Shown here: positions 13,230 to 26,258 of the stretch, piece after piece
Layout of the letters: each line of letters starts with the position of its first letter
Position numbering within the stretch: position 1 is the first letter of the stretch
Assembly: GCA_965655095.1 (NCBI GenBank)
Contig: OZ296649.1
Span: 83,824,001-83,888,000 of the forward strand
Reading direction: 5' to 3'
Origin: Haplodiscus bocki
Taxonomy: Eukaryota
DNA length: 64,000 nt
The notes under the pieces: generated by a model
The model's database searches: none
Seen by the model: only the letters and a program-made list of their open reading frames with translations
Told to the model about the DNA's origin: nothing
Made by a program: the position numbers and the translations under genes

Positions 13230-14240
13230 ACACAATATTGCAGAGAAAGGCGAGCATAGGATTTCCCTGCTTGCGGAAAAAACTATCGTGCGGCGGCTTG
13301 AACGAAAAAACAAAAAATTCCCAATTCAACCGGACGCTTCAAAGAAGTGGTGAAGAAACTTACTGCCTCTCGGGTCCGTTAGTCAATCTTAAAACATGAA
13401 GGGTTTCACCCCCTGGCACTTTTACTGTCCTTTATACTATTAGCCTGTGAGATTACCTCATAAACAATTGTACATGTTCTTCTGCTTTCAAACTAAAAAA
13501 ATCATGGTGGAAAAATGAGGTGAAAAAAAGTAAAGTGGCAGTTTCTCGAAACACCTTAAATAGTGGAATAAGTGCCGGACGTTTCAAGTTTTCCGTACAC
13601 TTCTCCATCGAAGTCATCCAAAAAGAAGAATAGAAGCGTCTAGAATCAAAACGAAACCGGAAACGAAGGTTCCTGTGAAGCAGAAAATCTTTTGGTTTCC
13701 GATTAGGCAAAAGTTGATTCCAGCAGGGACTGCAAAACGTAAACGAAAACAAAGCAGCCGTCAAAACAAAAATTTCCTCGGAAGCACAATATGGCGAGTT
13801 GATCAATCACGAGACGTTCCATAGGTCCTTTCTTGACACTCACCGAATTCTTTAGATAAAACTTTGAGTCCGAAAGACTACCCCGGGCTAAATTTCCCGA
13901 AATGTTTTATTGGAAACTCAAATGTTTAACCCGGTTACGCTGTTCTGAAAAACCGTAACAACCATTTTCGTCCGACTTTGATGTTGCAGCAGCACCTAAA
14001 AGTAAAACCTACTTGCTTGACCTCCTAAAACAGCGTGCCTCTGAAAAATTTTGGATGTTGTTCACCATGGTATCAGACGGGGTTACTGTGACGAGCCTAG
14101 AAACGTTTTTCATGCTTTAAACCATCAGTTTCTTTTTCGGAAAACTTCAAACAGAAATTTTGTTTCTCGAATAAATTCACTGTATCGACAACTTGATGGA
14201 TCGCAATTGAAAAACACAAAAGAGAGCAATCTCTTTTGAA
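13230..14240 (+). pseudogene. Remnants of two small conserved Polinton ORFs (also in repeat copies 2 and 3)
   Basis: KIPNSTGRFKEVVKKLTASRV..ILKHEGF/PLALLLSF resembles the small ORF ending in a (K)GGFLP-type amphipathic tail. The downstream SDGVTVTSLETFFHAL resembles the following conserved ORF. Confidence 0.35.
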
Positions 14241-14449
14241 AATCAGAACGGATTTTCTCGAGCACTTTTGACTGCTATCCATCCGTCAAAACATCATTCG
14301 ACACCTTTGTACCTTTGAGATTTTCTTTCGTTGTCAAATTGTTGATTCTTTCTCGAACTTGCAGAAAAATGCTAAGGTGTGATTCGTTTCCAGCATCAAA
14401 CTTGATCCTTTTAAAGCAAACATCTTTAGTTCCTACATCAAAATTTCAA

Positions 14450-14950
14450 TCAATGGCTTTTTCACTGCAAAGAATGTATCGTAAAAAAAATTGGGATATT
14501 TTTCTTGCACGCGAAATGTAATGAGCCAAAGCAGTCAAAAGGAGCATAATTTGGGTTCCTGCTGGAAATCAAGCAATTCTGCTCCAAAAACACTTGCTGC
14601 TTTTCATCAATCAAGGTGTCAATCGACACACTTCATTAAAAAAGAAGTTACTGACGTCCAAAGATAAAGAGTTTCAATACCCCTAGAGGAAGAAATATGC
14701 GTTGTGGTTGACAAAAAGTCGTTTTTGGTCTAATTGTATTTTGCAAAGTAGAATACCATCATTATTACAATCCAGGGTTAACTGCCCTGCATGGGAGGGG
14801 ATGTAGAACAACAAAGTAGAAAAAGCAATTGAGGAGTTTACTTTTAGATTTCTTATCTGTATTTTTCGGAGTTCAGCTGTTCTTCTGCTTCCATCAAAGT
14901 ATCGATACTTGATTGCTTTAAAACCAGCAAAAAGTAACCATTTGTCTTTT
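14450..14950 (-). pseudogene. Adenain-like cysteine protease remnant (copy 1; copies at ~16580-17080 and ~18730-19230)
   Basis: Order of eroded motifs MQGS*PWIVIM (G.HW), AYFFL*G (F.D..G), FQQEPKLCSF (Q....CG.Y) fits Polinton maturation proteases. Confidence 0.5.
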
Positions 14951-17900
14951 TTTGTAAATGGTTAAAAGCAAGTGAAACTTGAGGTGCCGAAACAGCCAAA
15001 GGTCTGACGAAAATAAAGATCACCATTCCAAAGAAACTCTGGTTTTTCCAAAAATACAAGCTGATCTTCTGCCGCAAAGTCCCAATGGATACTTTCCTAT
15101 TTGAGAACACCGACTAAAAATGTCAGTTCACAGTTTTTGAAACCGAATCTTCCGGGGCCGAAAAAGCCAGAAAAGGCCCACAACATAGGTTTTTCTCAAA
15201 GTTCAGCCCAAGTGTCTTCCAAAACAACCTGCTGTATGTCATTCCTGAGTTCTCAATCCAAAAAATTCTGATGTATGAAGCTACTCATCTGCCAAGTTTC
15301 ACGCTTGTTTCGTTGCAATCGAAAATCTAAAAACATGCCTCTTCTTAAGACTGAAACTGCAAGAAAATTAACAAAATTTTACAGCGAAAAACGAACATAG
15401 GATTTGCCTGCTTGCGGAATAAATTACCGGGCGGCAACTTGAAATTATAACAAAAAATTCCCAGATAAACCGGACGCTTCAAAGAAGTGGTGAAAAAAAT
15501 TACTGCCTCTCGGGTCCCTTTGTCTATCTTAAAACATGAAGGGTTTCACCCCTGGCACTCTTATTGTCCTTTATACTACTAGCATGTGAGAGTACTTCAT
15601 AAACAATAGTACATTTTCTTGTGCTTTCAAGTTTAAAAATTTAGGTTGGAAAAACGAGGTAAAAAAAGTTACAGTTTCTCGAAACACCTTAAATAGTGGA
15701 ATTTGTGCCGGACCTTTCAAGTTTTCCGTACAGGCTTCCATCGAAATCATCCAAAAAGAAGTAGGAAGCGTCTAGAATCAAAACGAAACCGGAAACGAAG
15801 GTTCCTGTGAAGCAGAAAATCTTTTGGTTTCCGATTAGGCAAAAGTTGATTCCAGCAGGGACGGCAAAACGTAAACGAAAACAAAGCAGCCGTCAAAACA
15901 GAAACTTCCTCGGAAGCACAATATGGCGAGTTGATCAATCACGAGACGTTCCATAGGTCCTTTCTTGACACTCACCGAATTCTTTAGATAAAACTTTGAG
16001 TCCGAAAGACTACCCCGGGCTAAATTTCCCGAAATGTTTTATTGGAAACTCAAATGTTTATCCCGGTTACGCTGTTCTGAAAAACCGTAACAACCATTTT
16101 CGTCCGACTTTGATGTTGCAGCAGCACCTAAAAGTAAAACCTACTTGCTTGACCTCCTAAAACAGCGTGCCTCTGAAAAATTTTGCATGTTGTTCACCAT
16201 GGTATCAGACGGGGTTACTGTGACGAGCCTAGAAACGTTTTTCATGCTTTAAACCATCAGTTTCTTTTTCGGAAAACTTCCAACAGAAATTTTGTTTCTC
16301 GAATAAATTCACTGTATCGACAACTTGATGGATCGCAATTGAAAAACACAAAAGAGAGCAATCTCTTTTGAAAATCAGAACGGATTTTCTTGAGCACTTT
16401 TGACTGCTATCCATCCGTCAAAACATCATTCGACACCTTTGTACCTTTGAGATTTTCTTTCGTTGTCAAATTGTTGGTTCTTTCTCGAACTTGTAGAAAA
16501 ATGCTGAGGTGTGATTCGTTTCCAGCATCAAACTTGATCCTTTTAAAAGCAAACATCTTTAGTTCCTACATCAAAATTTCAATCAATGGCTTTTTCACTG
16601 CAAAGAATATTTCGTAAAAAAAATTGGGATATTTTTCTTGCACGCGAAATGTAAGGAGCCAAAGCAGTCAAAAGGAGCATAATTTGGGTTCTTGCTGGAA
16701 ATCAAGCATTTGTGCTCCAAAAACACTTGCTGCTTTTCATCCATCAAGGTGTCAATCGACACACTTCCTTAAAAAAGAAGTTACTGACGGCCAAAGATAA
16801 AGAATTTCAATACCCCTAGCGGAAGAAATATGCGTTGTGGTTAACAAAAAGTCGTTTTTGGTCTAATTGTATTTTTAAAAGTAGAACAGCATCATTATTG
16901 CAATCTTGGGTTAACTGCCCTGCATGGGAGTGGATGTAGAACAACAAAGTAAAAAACGCAAATGAGGAGGTTACTTTTAGATTCCTTATCTGTATTTTTC
17001 GGAGTTCAGCTGTTCTTCTGCTTCCATCAAAGTATCGATACTTGATTGCTTTAAAACCAGCAAAAAGTAACCATTTGTCTTTTTTTGTAAATGGTTAAAA
17101 GCAAGTGAAACTTGATGTGCCGAAACAGCCAAAGGTCTGACGAAAATAAAGATCACATCTCTGAAGAAACTCAAGATCTTCCAAAAATACAAGCTGATCT
17201 TCTGCCACAAAGTCCCAATGGATACCTTCCTATTTGAGAACACCGACTAAAAATGTCAGTTCACAGTTTTTGAAACCGAATCTTCCGGGGCCGAAAAAGC
17301 CAGAAAAGGCCCACAACATAGGTTTTTCTCAAAGTTCAGCCCAAGTGTCTTCCAAAACAACCTGCTGTATGTCATTCCTGAGTTCTCAATCCAAAAAATT
17401 CTGATGTATGAAGCTACTTATCTGCCAAGTTTCACGCTTGTTTCGTTGCAATCGAAAATCCAAAAACATGCCTCTTCTTAAGACTGAAACTGCAAGAAAA
17501 TTAACAAAATTTTACAGCGAAAAACGAACATAGGATTTGCCTGCTTGCGGAATAAATTACCGGGCGGCAACTTGAAATTATAACAAAAACTTCCCAGATA
17601 AACCGGACGCTTCAAAGAAGTGGTGAAAAAAATTACTGCCTCTCGGGTCCCTTTGTCTATCTTAAAACATGAAGGGTTTCACCCCTGGCACTTTTATTGT
17701 CCTTTATACTACTAACATGTGAGAGTACTTCATAAACAATTGTACATTTTCTTGTGCTTTCAAGTTTAAAATTTTAGGTTGGAAAAACGAGGTAAAAAAA
17801 GAAATGTGGCAGTTTCTCGAAACACCTTAAAAACTGGAATATGTGCCGGAACTTTCAAGTTTTCCGTACACGCCTCCATCGAATTCATCCAAAAAGAAGA

Positions 17901-20900
17901 ATAGAAGCGTCTAGAACCAAAACGAAACCGGAAACGAAGTTTCCTGTGAAGCAGAAAATCTTTTGGTTTCCGATTAGGCAAATTTGATTCCAGCAAGGAC
18001 CGCAAAACGTAAACGAAAACAAAGCAGCATTCAAAACAGAATATTCATCGGAAGCACAATATGGCAAGTTGATCAATCACAAGACGTTCCATAGGTCCTT
18101 TCTTGACACACACCGATTTCTTTCGATAAACCTTTGAGTCCGAAAAACTACCCCGGGCTGAATTTCCCGAAATGTTTTATTGGAAACTCCAATTTTTTTT
18201 CCCGGTTACGCCGTTCTGAAGAACCGTAACAACCATTTTCGTCCGACTTTGATGATGCAACAGCACTTAAAAGTAAAACCTATTTGCTTGACCTCCTAGA
18301 ACAGCGTGCCTCTGAAAAGTTTTGGATGTTGTTCATCATGGTATCAGACGGGGTTACTGTGACGACCCTAGAAACGTTTTTCATGCTTTAAACCATCAGA
18401 TTCTTTTTTGGAAAACTTCAAACAGAAAGTTTGTTTCTCGAATAAGTTCACTCTATCGACAACTTGATGGACCGCAATTGTTGAAAAACGCAAAAGAGAG
18501 CAATATTTTTTGAAAATCAGAACGGATTTTCTTGAGCACTTTTGACTGCTATCCATCCGTCAAAACAACATTCGACACCTTTGTACCTTTGAGACTTTCT
18601 TTCATTGTCAAATTGATGGTTATTTCTCGAATTTGTAGAAAAATGCTAAGGTGTGTATGATTCGTTTCCAGCATCAAACTTGATCCTTTCAAAGCGAACA
18701 TCTTTAGTTCCTACATCAAAATTTCAATCAATGTTTTTTTGACTGCAAACAATTTATCGTCAAAAAAACTGGGATATTTTTCTTGCACGCGAAAGGTAAT
18801 GAGCCAAAGCAGTCAAAAGGAGCATAATTTTTGCTTTTGCTGGAAATTGATCATTTCTGTTCCCAAAACACTTGCTGTTTTTCATCCATCAAGGTGTCAA
18901 TCGACACACTTCATTAAAAAAGAAGTTACTGACGGCCAAAGATAAAGAATTTCAATACCCCTAGCGGAAGAAATATGCGTTGTGGTTAACAAAAAGTCGT
19001 TTTTGGTCTAATTGTATTTTTAAAAGTAGAACAGCATCATTATTGCAATCCTGGGTTAACTGCCCTGCATGGGAGGGGATGTAGAACAACAAAGTAAAAA
19101 AAGCAAAAGAGGAGGTTACTTTTAGAATTCCTATCTGTTTTTTTCAGAGTTCAGCTGTTCTATTGCTTCCATCAAAGTATCATTACTTGATTGCTTTAAA
19201 ACCAGCAAAAAGTAACCATTTGTCTGTTTTGTAAATGGTTACCAGCAAATGAAACTTGATGTGCCGAAACAGCCAACAATCTGACGAAAATAATGATCAT
19301 CTCTCTGAAGAAACTCAGGCTCTTCCAAAAATACAAGCTGATCTTCTGCCACAAAGTCCCAATGGATACCTTCCTGTTTGAGAAAGCCGAGTAAAAGTGT
19401 CGGTTCACAGTTTGTGAAACCGAATCTTCAGGGGCCGAAAAAGCCAGAAAAGGCCCACAGCATAGATTTTTCTCAAAGTTAAGCCCAAGTTTCTTCCAAA
19501 ACAACCTACTGCGTGTCATTCCTCAGTTCTCAATCCAAAATATTCTGCTGTATGAAGCTACTCATCTGCCAGGTTTTACGCTTGTTTCTTTGCAATCGAA
19601 ATTCCTACAACATGCTTCTTCTTAAGACTGATGTACGTGAACAAATTCAATTGCCTTGAGGACGAAAGTTTGAATTGTTTCGATCAAAATCTCAATCGAC
19701 TTTTTCGAAAATAAAAAACATCTTGCGTTTTTCGTCTCAGGACAAGTTCTCTCCAACAGAAGTTTTCAGGGAAGTTTTTCACAAAGGTTTTAGGAGTTTT
19801 GGTAATTTTGGACAAACAAACTAGTTTTTTCCTACGTTTCAGCCATCCGTTCAACATCAACAATGAATGTTTTCTGGTTTGTGGAAAGGATCTGTCAACT
19901 GTTAATTCTTAAATACTGTTTCTTGCCAGGGGAGTTAGTTGGGTGGAAACTTCCAGCACACATAAGACTGGTTTTCATAATGCAGCTCGATTGATTCCAA
20001 TTCAACGATCAAATTATTCCATCGAGATTTTCCCAATGAATTTGTAACAGTAGATCAATATCCAATCTTAAACGTCTTTGGGACAATGTCTCTGCAACTG
20101 TTTTTTCATATACCGAAGCGGCCAAAAGGTGGTTGGGAGTTTGCCATCCCCTCGGCTTCCTGCAAAAGGTCCTGCGACAATCCATCCGTCAAGAGAACTG
20201 TAAAACTTTTTCTAGTTTTTTGGAAACGAACTCAATTGCGCTAAAAAGTTGAGTCCTTGCAATAGAAAAATGATGGGCGGAAAACTTAGTGAGTGCCTAA
20301 CGGTATGATTTGTCTCGACAATGAAACTCGATTGTTTTCAGAACACCAACTTGAACTTGTTGCATCAAATCTCAAACACCACCTTTCTTGCTGTGAGTTA
20401 CCATTCAATACTTTTACTTTGGCATTATGTCCTTGGAACGGATGTTTGATGGGCAAAGAACCAAAACAAGCAAAAGACTGCTACCCATTAAAAATTAACT
20501 TCGATTTCTCCAACTCTAGCTGCAGCATTTCATCTAGCAAGGTGTGAAAGGTCATCTCTACCCAATGAACGGGATTCGTGTGCCGCATACTTCAACCTGT
20601 TTCACCACACGATTGCTTGATAGAACATTGCCAAAAATTGTTCATTCATTGTTTGGATATCAAAATGGATTCATTCCTAAAGACCAGTCTGGATGTCATC
20701 TATCAAGGTGTCTAACAAAATTAACAAATTTTTGATCATCAATCAGTTTTACCAGTTTTACACTCACGGGTTAGTTTTCTTGTGATGGTAAAGTTATGGA
20801 ACGAATTAGCCAAAAAGTGCAAAGAGGGGTGTTTCACTATTACTGAAGCTTGTATTTTTCTAAGTATTCTGGTTGAAGTTTTTTCATCAAATTGTCAACC

Positions 20901-22029
20901 CACAGTTTCGAGGATAGCAGAATCGTTCAAAATACTGTTTCTTAAAATTAGTTCTGCCGAGCTGAAATAAAAAAGGCTGAACCTGATGAAGAATTGGTTA
21001 ATGTGTGGTTCTACCAACTAAACCAATCCATTCTGTTCAAGATCTTTAGACTGCACTTCTGGAGCCGAAGTCACGTTCAAGACTTTCCGACCTGCAGAAA
21101 GTCACTCCGAAACAGTATTGCAGAATTCAAAGCTCGCATTGGAACCGACACGAGCACAAAAAACTCAACCGGGGCCTTATTTCACATGGGATTCACGCGA
21201 AATATCTCTAAAACTACAAACGCATTTTGTCAATCAAGGTCTTCCATAACATTTTTTTCCCCAAAAAAACTGACTAAAGCGTCGAGTTTTGCGTTTGATA
21301 TTGCGTAAAGGAAACCTGATTGGCGTGTTTGAAATTTTTTGTACATTTGTACATATCGTATTGATATTCAAACAGAACACTTTTCAAGACAAAAAACTGT
21401 TTTTTTTCAATCGAATATTCAGTGCACAGTTGTAATTGTAGAACGGTTTTCAATAAAAACAACTTGGGGTAACTTGTTTACATCGGCTTTTGTTAGCACC
21501 GAAAAAACCACAAACTACGGCACTTAATCACCCGAACGGAAATGTGACTTGGGGATAAATTCCGATGAACATCTTGTCGAGTGATTCGTCTCCACAGTCA
21601 TTTTCTATTTTTTCGATTACAACCATCACATTTTCTTCCTTCACAGTGTCAATCGACATCTTTGAAAATTGTAAACTACATACACTTTAAACGTAATTCT
21701 ACCAGAAACCTTCTTTGCGAAGGAGAATTCAGGGATCAAATTGACTAAAAGTTGCAAAAAACGATTTTTCCCGGAAAAATAATCTTGCCTTTGTCCAAAA
21801 CTAGCGTTGCAATATTTCCATCAAGGAATCAATCCACAAATTCAAAGGTTGCAAAAGCTGTTGAAATAACAATTCTGTATTTGTTTGATTTCTGGTTAAT
21901 GAAACCTGATGCAGCAAAAATCTGAACAAATTCCTGAATGTAAGACTCTTCTTTCTGTGGAAACTGAAGTTTGTCCTGAACTTCCGGCTTCAATCTTTGC
22001 ATCAAAGTCCTAATTGACGATTTTTCCAC

Positions 22030-22890
22030 TTGCATAATTTCACTCACAAATAATAATTTACTGTAGGTTCCTTGCATATGAACCTTCGTGGATCGAGATA
22101 GTCAGAAAGTGAAAACAGGCCTTTTTCTTCTCGAGACTCAATTCGAGTATTCTGCAAGACTATCGATTGCATTTCTTCCAATAGTATCTTGAAGTTTTTC
22201 TTCCTTTTCGAACCTGCCCGACTGTAAAATATTGGGCTTGGTTCCTTGCAACGGATATCTCATAAATGAGAATTCTTAGTTACAAGGTATTTTCATGACT
22301 CGGGTTGTTAATGGAACTTGATTGCTTGCAAGGTAACCAACCATATTGTTTGAATCAGAAACCGAATGAACAATTCTCTAACTGTTTAACATCCTGGTTT
22401 TTAAATTCAGCGTGGAATAAGTTCTTTGCGTCAAAATTTTAGGCGGCCGAAAATGCCGAAAAAGCAAGGGATTCTAATTTGTCCCAAAATGCAAATCGGT
22501 TTCTCCCCAAAATTACCTTCTGCTTTTAATCACTCCAGGTCACAGCAATAAATTTTTAACTGTGTGTTTATGTTAACTAAAAAAACATACTCCCATGCCA
22601 AAAGTAAGCTTTGCTTCCTGGCAATGGTTATTAGAGTGGCGGAAATTGCCATTTTTGTTACTTTTTTTGAAAAATTACTCGATTGCCCAATGTCAGATTT
22701 GGCGTCGTAATGTTTCGTTTTCATAATAAAACTCGTTTCCGTTCGAATAAAAATCTAGATTTCCTTAAACAAGACATCAAACGAGTTTTTTAAACTATAT
22801 ATTTCATTCAATGCCAAATGTTCTAGGATAAAAACTTTGCATCGGAAGCCCTATGGACCGGAACGGGTAAAAAGATGCATAATGGTTTGA
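22030..22890 (-). pseudogene. Retroviral-type (rve) integrase remnant
   Basis: Collinear eroded pieces: FTRSGP*GF (N-term), FERKRV, NKNGNF, EKPICIL-DKLE (P..I..D.G.EF), YSTLN..RIVHS..MVGYL, C-terminal PVF...MQGTYSKLL. Confidence 0.4.
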
Positions 22891-24088
22891 TTTTAATTTT
22901 GAATATCAAACCGGATTTCCTCCATATTTATTCGTTTTATCTCATCCATCAATTTTTTTAAGCAAATCGACCAAAAGTTTCCTCGTGGTAAGGTTTCAAT
23001 GAACTGTTTTCCAATTAGAAAACGTAATTTCTTTCAGGTCTTCTGGGATATGATACACACATTGAAAACATTACGGACCGTAAACGACAAGGAAGCTCAA
23101 ATCGGATCGTTCTCTCTATAACTCAAATCTACCTTCCTCAAAAACGTTTGACTGCATTTGATCCTTCATGGTAACAATCCAGTTTTTATAGCTTGCACAA
23201 TTCTCTTCCATTGTCAATTGTTTTTACTAGTTCATGGCAAAACTTTGTGGTATGCGAAAACTGTAAGCAATTGTGGAACCATAAAGTTTTTCTCAACAAA
23301 TAAACATGATGTCTTCAAATCTGCTGTCTGTAATACTTCTATCAAAACCTCACCCGGCAGTTTCTTAGACGCAAAAATTCTCTTGCGTTATCAATTTTTC
23401 TGGGACAGCGTCCTTCCACCGGAAGGAATATGGACGGATGTATATAAAAAACTCCGAAGTCCTCTGAAGCTTTTTTTAAAACGAAACCTCTTTCTGTTCA
23501 AATTTACTGGCTGCATTTAATCCGTCAGTTTTTTAAATGACAATTTCCAACCGGTAAAAAGGGATTCCAATGTGGAAGATTGCTTTTGGTTCCTCGCAAC
23601 GGTAAGGTTACAGGTGAAACTCTACAAAAACTGCACACCCAGATGTTCCCCAATCATATTCAATCTCGATTTTCTGGAACACAACTATCTGAAGTTTTAC
23701 ATCAAACACTCAGCCAACAATTTTCTAACTGTAGAATACTGATCAAAAAATTAGCTCGATATGTATACCTTGCGATGGAATGTTATGGCCTAAAGTAACC
23801 AAAACACGCAGGCGTTTTATCTTCCCTGAAGCTCAAAACGGTCCTTCTACAAAACTTTTGACTGCAATTCATGCATCAGGGTTTCAGTCAACTTTTTTTG
23901 TACGCAAAAATCTATGCCAAACACTGCGTTTGTTTCCTTGAAACGCAAAGTGCCAATGGTTGCATATTCTTATGTCTCGTATTCATAATCAAAATAGTTT
24001 CTTTTCATAACAACTGTCTGGTATTTCTTTAAGGCATGAGGTCAATGAAAAAAATTCAAACTCTAAGGTTTGATTCATTAAAAAACTC

Positions 24089-24143
<55 letters not shown>
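24089..24143 (+). repeat. (AG)n microsatellite
   Basis: About 27 AG units with one AA interruption. Confidence 0.98.
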
Positions 24144-24145
<2 letters not shown>

Positions 24146-25625
24146 TTCCGTTCGTCGGATACTTCACAGCCCGAAACAGCTGGAAAGTGCAGAGAAGTTC
24201 AATTCGACAAAGGATATCAACCAGTTGTCTGTACAAAACTCCTAACTGCATTTCATCCATCAAGGTAGCACTTTCTTTACTTCTGAAAAAAAACTTGACT
24301 GCAAAGTATTTATTTTGGTTCACCTCAACGGAAGCTTGACAAGGGGAAATTTCCAACGTTTGCATGTTGGTATGATTCAACTCCGTTGTTACACCCGATT
24401 CATTAAAAATAGTCGTACGAAATATTCCATTGAAAAACTCTATCGACAATTTTCCATTTATAAAAAACATTTCATTAAAAAAACCAGGACACTCCTTTTT
24501 TCGCAAAATTTGAAATAGGGATGAAAACCAAAAAGTGCCAGAGTTTTTGGAATTTCTTCATAAAAAACCAGGTCCTTCCCGAAACCACTTGCTGCATTAC
24601 GTCCTCAATCTGGGTCTCAATATGTATGTTTTGGAGGAGCCATTCGACAGCTAAAAATTGCGTTTCGTTCCTCACAAAGGTCATTTCATGGGCAGAAAGT
24701 GCCAAAAAACAATTTGGTTTATCGCCAAAGCTATTTCTTGCATTTCATTCTTCAGGGTACCATCGGAAAATTTTCTTTTAAGAAGCTACTGGACGTCTGA
24801 ATACTGCGTTTGGTTCCCTGCAACGTAAATTCCCAATATCTTTATCCTCCTATGATTCGTCTTTTATAGTTAAACTAGACTTTTTCGAAACAACTGTTTG
24901 AATTTTTTTGATTTAAAAGTCAATCAGTCCCTTTCCAATTCTAGAAATTCATTCAACAGTATTGTCTTGGGACAAGTTTCCTCAATTGAAAAATTTTTGG
25001 GCACATGTAGCCAGAACGTTTAAAACTGTTCAACTTTCCTCGAAAGTCATAGCAGTTTTTATTCGGAACTTCTGCCTGCATTTCTTGTATCAATGTGTGA
25101 GTCGGTTTTTTACTTGCCTGTAATCTTTCAATCGATGGTCAGGTTTTCCATTTTTTCTCTCAACGGAAAACTGTGAAGCATAACAGCCAATAAACTATGG
25201 TGCTCCTTTATATCCAAACTGATTTGCATAGACCGATTTGCAGGGGCTTTGTTCAAAAATCAGACCATTCATCTCCCAAATTACCGAAGGTTTTCCAGTG
25301 TCAAGAGCCCACTACAGGTTAGTTTTCCAAAACGAGAATCAGAAGTGCGTGTCCATCTTTGTAAAATGCTTTGGACACACAATGCTACAAAGCCAAAAAA
25401 GCTGAAACTAATGATGATGATAGTTTTGCAAAACCTTTCGAAAACTAAATTCGAATCGTCCTCCTGTTTTTCAAGTCTTTGCAAGAGTCGGACAAAAGCA
25501 TTGCCATTATATGAAAATATTGCAAGTGCTTGCCAGCTTTCTTGTGTTTCATTTTGTGAGCATCAGAATAAAAGAACGTTGGGCGAAGTAATGGCCTGCC
25601 GGTGAGTCAAGTTGCGGTAATATGA

Positions 25626-26258
25626 AACAAGAGGCGCAGAAGCACTGCGAAATTTTCCGTCGACTGTGGGTAAAATTTGCTTCTGAATTGAAATGACTGA
25701 CACTTTCAGGAAAAACATAGGTGCCCTGGGGTGCACAGAGCCCAGCTCATGGCACAATAAGTACCATATTAAGCAAAAATGGGTTTTCTCATTTTTCTCT
25801 ACGTGTCCGGAAAACATTTTCAGCGTTATTCTTGAAAAACCTAAGCTTTTAGAACCTTATGCGGACTTTAAAGCAAAAAATTTTGGCAGGGTTGTCCAAA
25901 TTGCATTCTACGTGTCCTGAAAAACACCTTGGAAAAAATATTTCGTGTTTTTCTGAATATTTGTTTTTCTGGATTTGGAGCGAAAAAATTTCAGCACTGT
26001 TGTCAAAATTGTATTCTATGTGTCCGGAGAAACTTTTTGGATAAACAAATTTTTGAGAAAAAAATCATTTTTTTTTGGGATTTTGGTCTGAAAAGTTTTA
26101 GTTGGGCTGTCAGATTTGCATTCTACGTGTCCGGAGGAACATTTTGGGGTTGCAAAAAAATTCAAACCGGAACATTTCCACTTCGAATTGGAAAATCAGG
26201 GAGAAAATGTCTACAAACAGAAAAAATGAGTTCCTTTTCGTAAAATAGGACGGTAATA
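25626..26258 (-). mobile_element. Non-autonomous Helentron/DINE-1-like element, family A (short copy)
   Basis: AACAAGAGG, hairpin CGCAG-aagca-CTGCG and subterminal TTTTCCGTC at the left; inverted GACGGTAAT at 26249. Internal ~110 bp repeats (GCATTCTACGTGTCC). Confidence 0.7.

Larger units (their letters stand above)
13210..19631. repeat. Tandem triplication of a ~2.13-2.14 kb Polinton segment (units ~13210-15353, 15354-17486, 17487-19631)
   Basis: Same sequence and ORF fragments recur at 14051/16183/18322 and 14853/16986. Each unit ends in CTTCTTAAGACTGA. Confidence 0.97.
1..25620. mobile_element. Degenerate Polinton/Maverick (adintovirus-like) endogenous viral element; runs off the left edge, right boundary approximate (supported to ~23.9 kb)
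   Basis: Co-located, frameshifted remnants of penton, core protein, MCP start, packaging ATPase, pPolB, protease and integrase. Intronless, gene-dense layout with many stops. No TIR identified. Confidence 0.88.

Noticed and set aside
24036-24506. ORFs with ERERER / SLSLSL tracts
   Set aside because: Translation artefacts of the (AG)n microsatellite.
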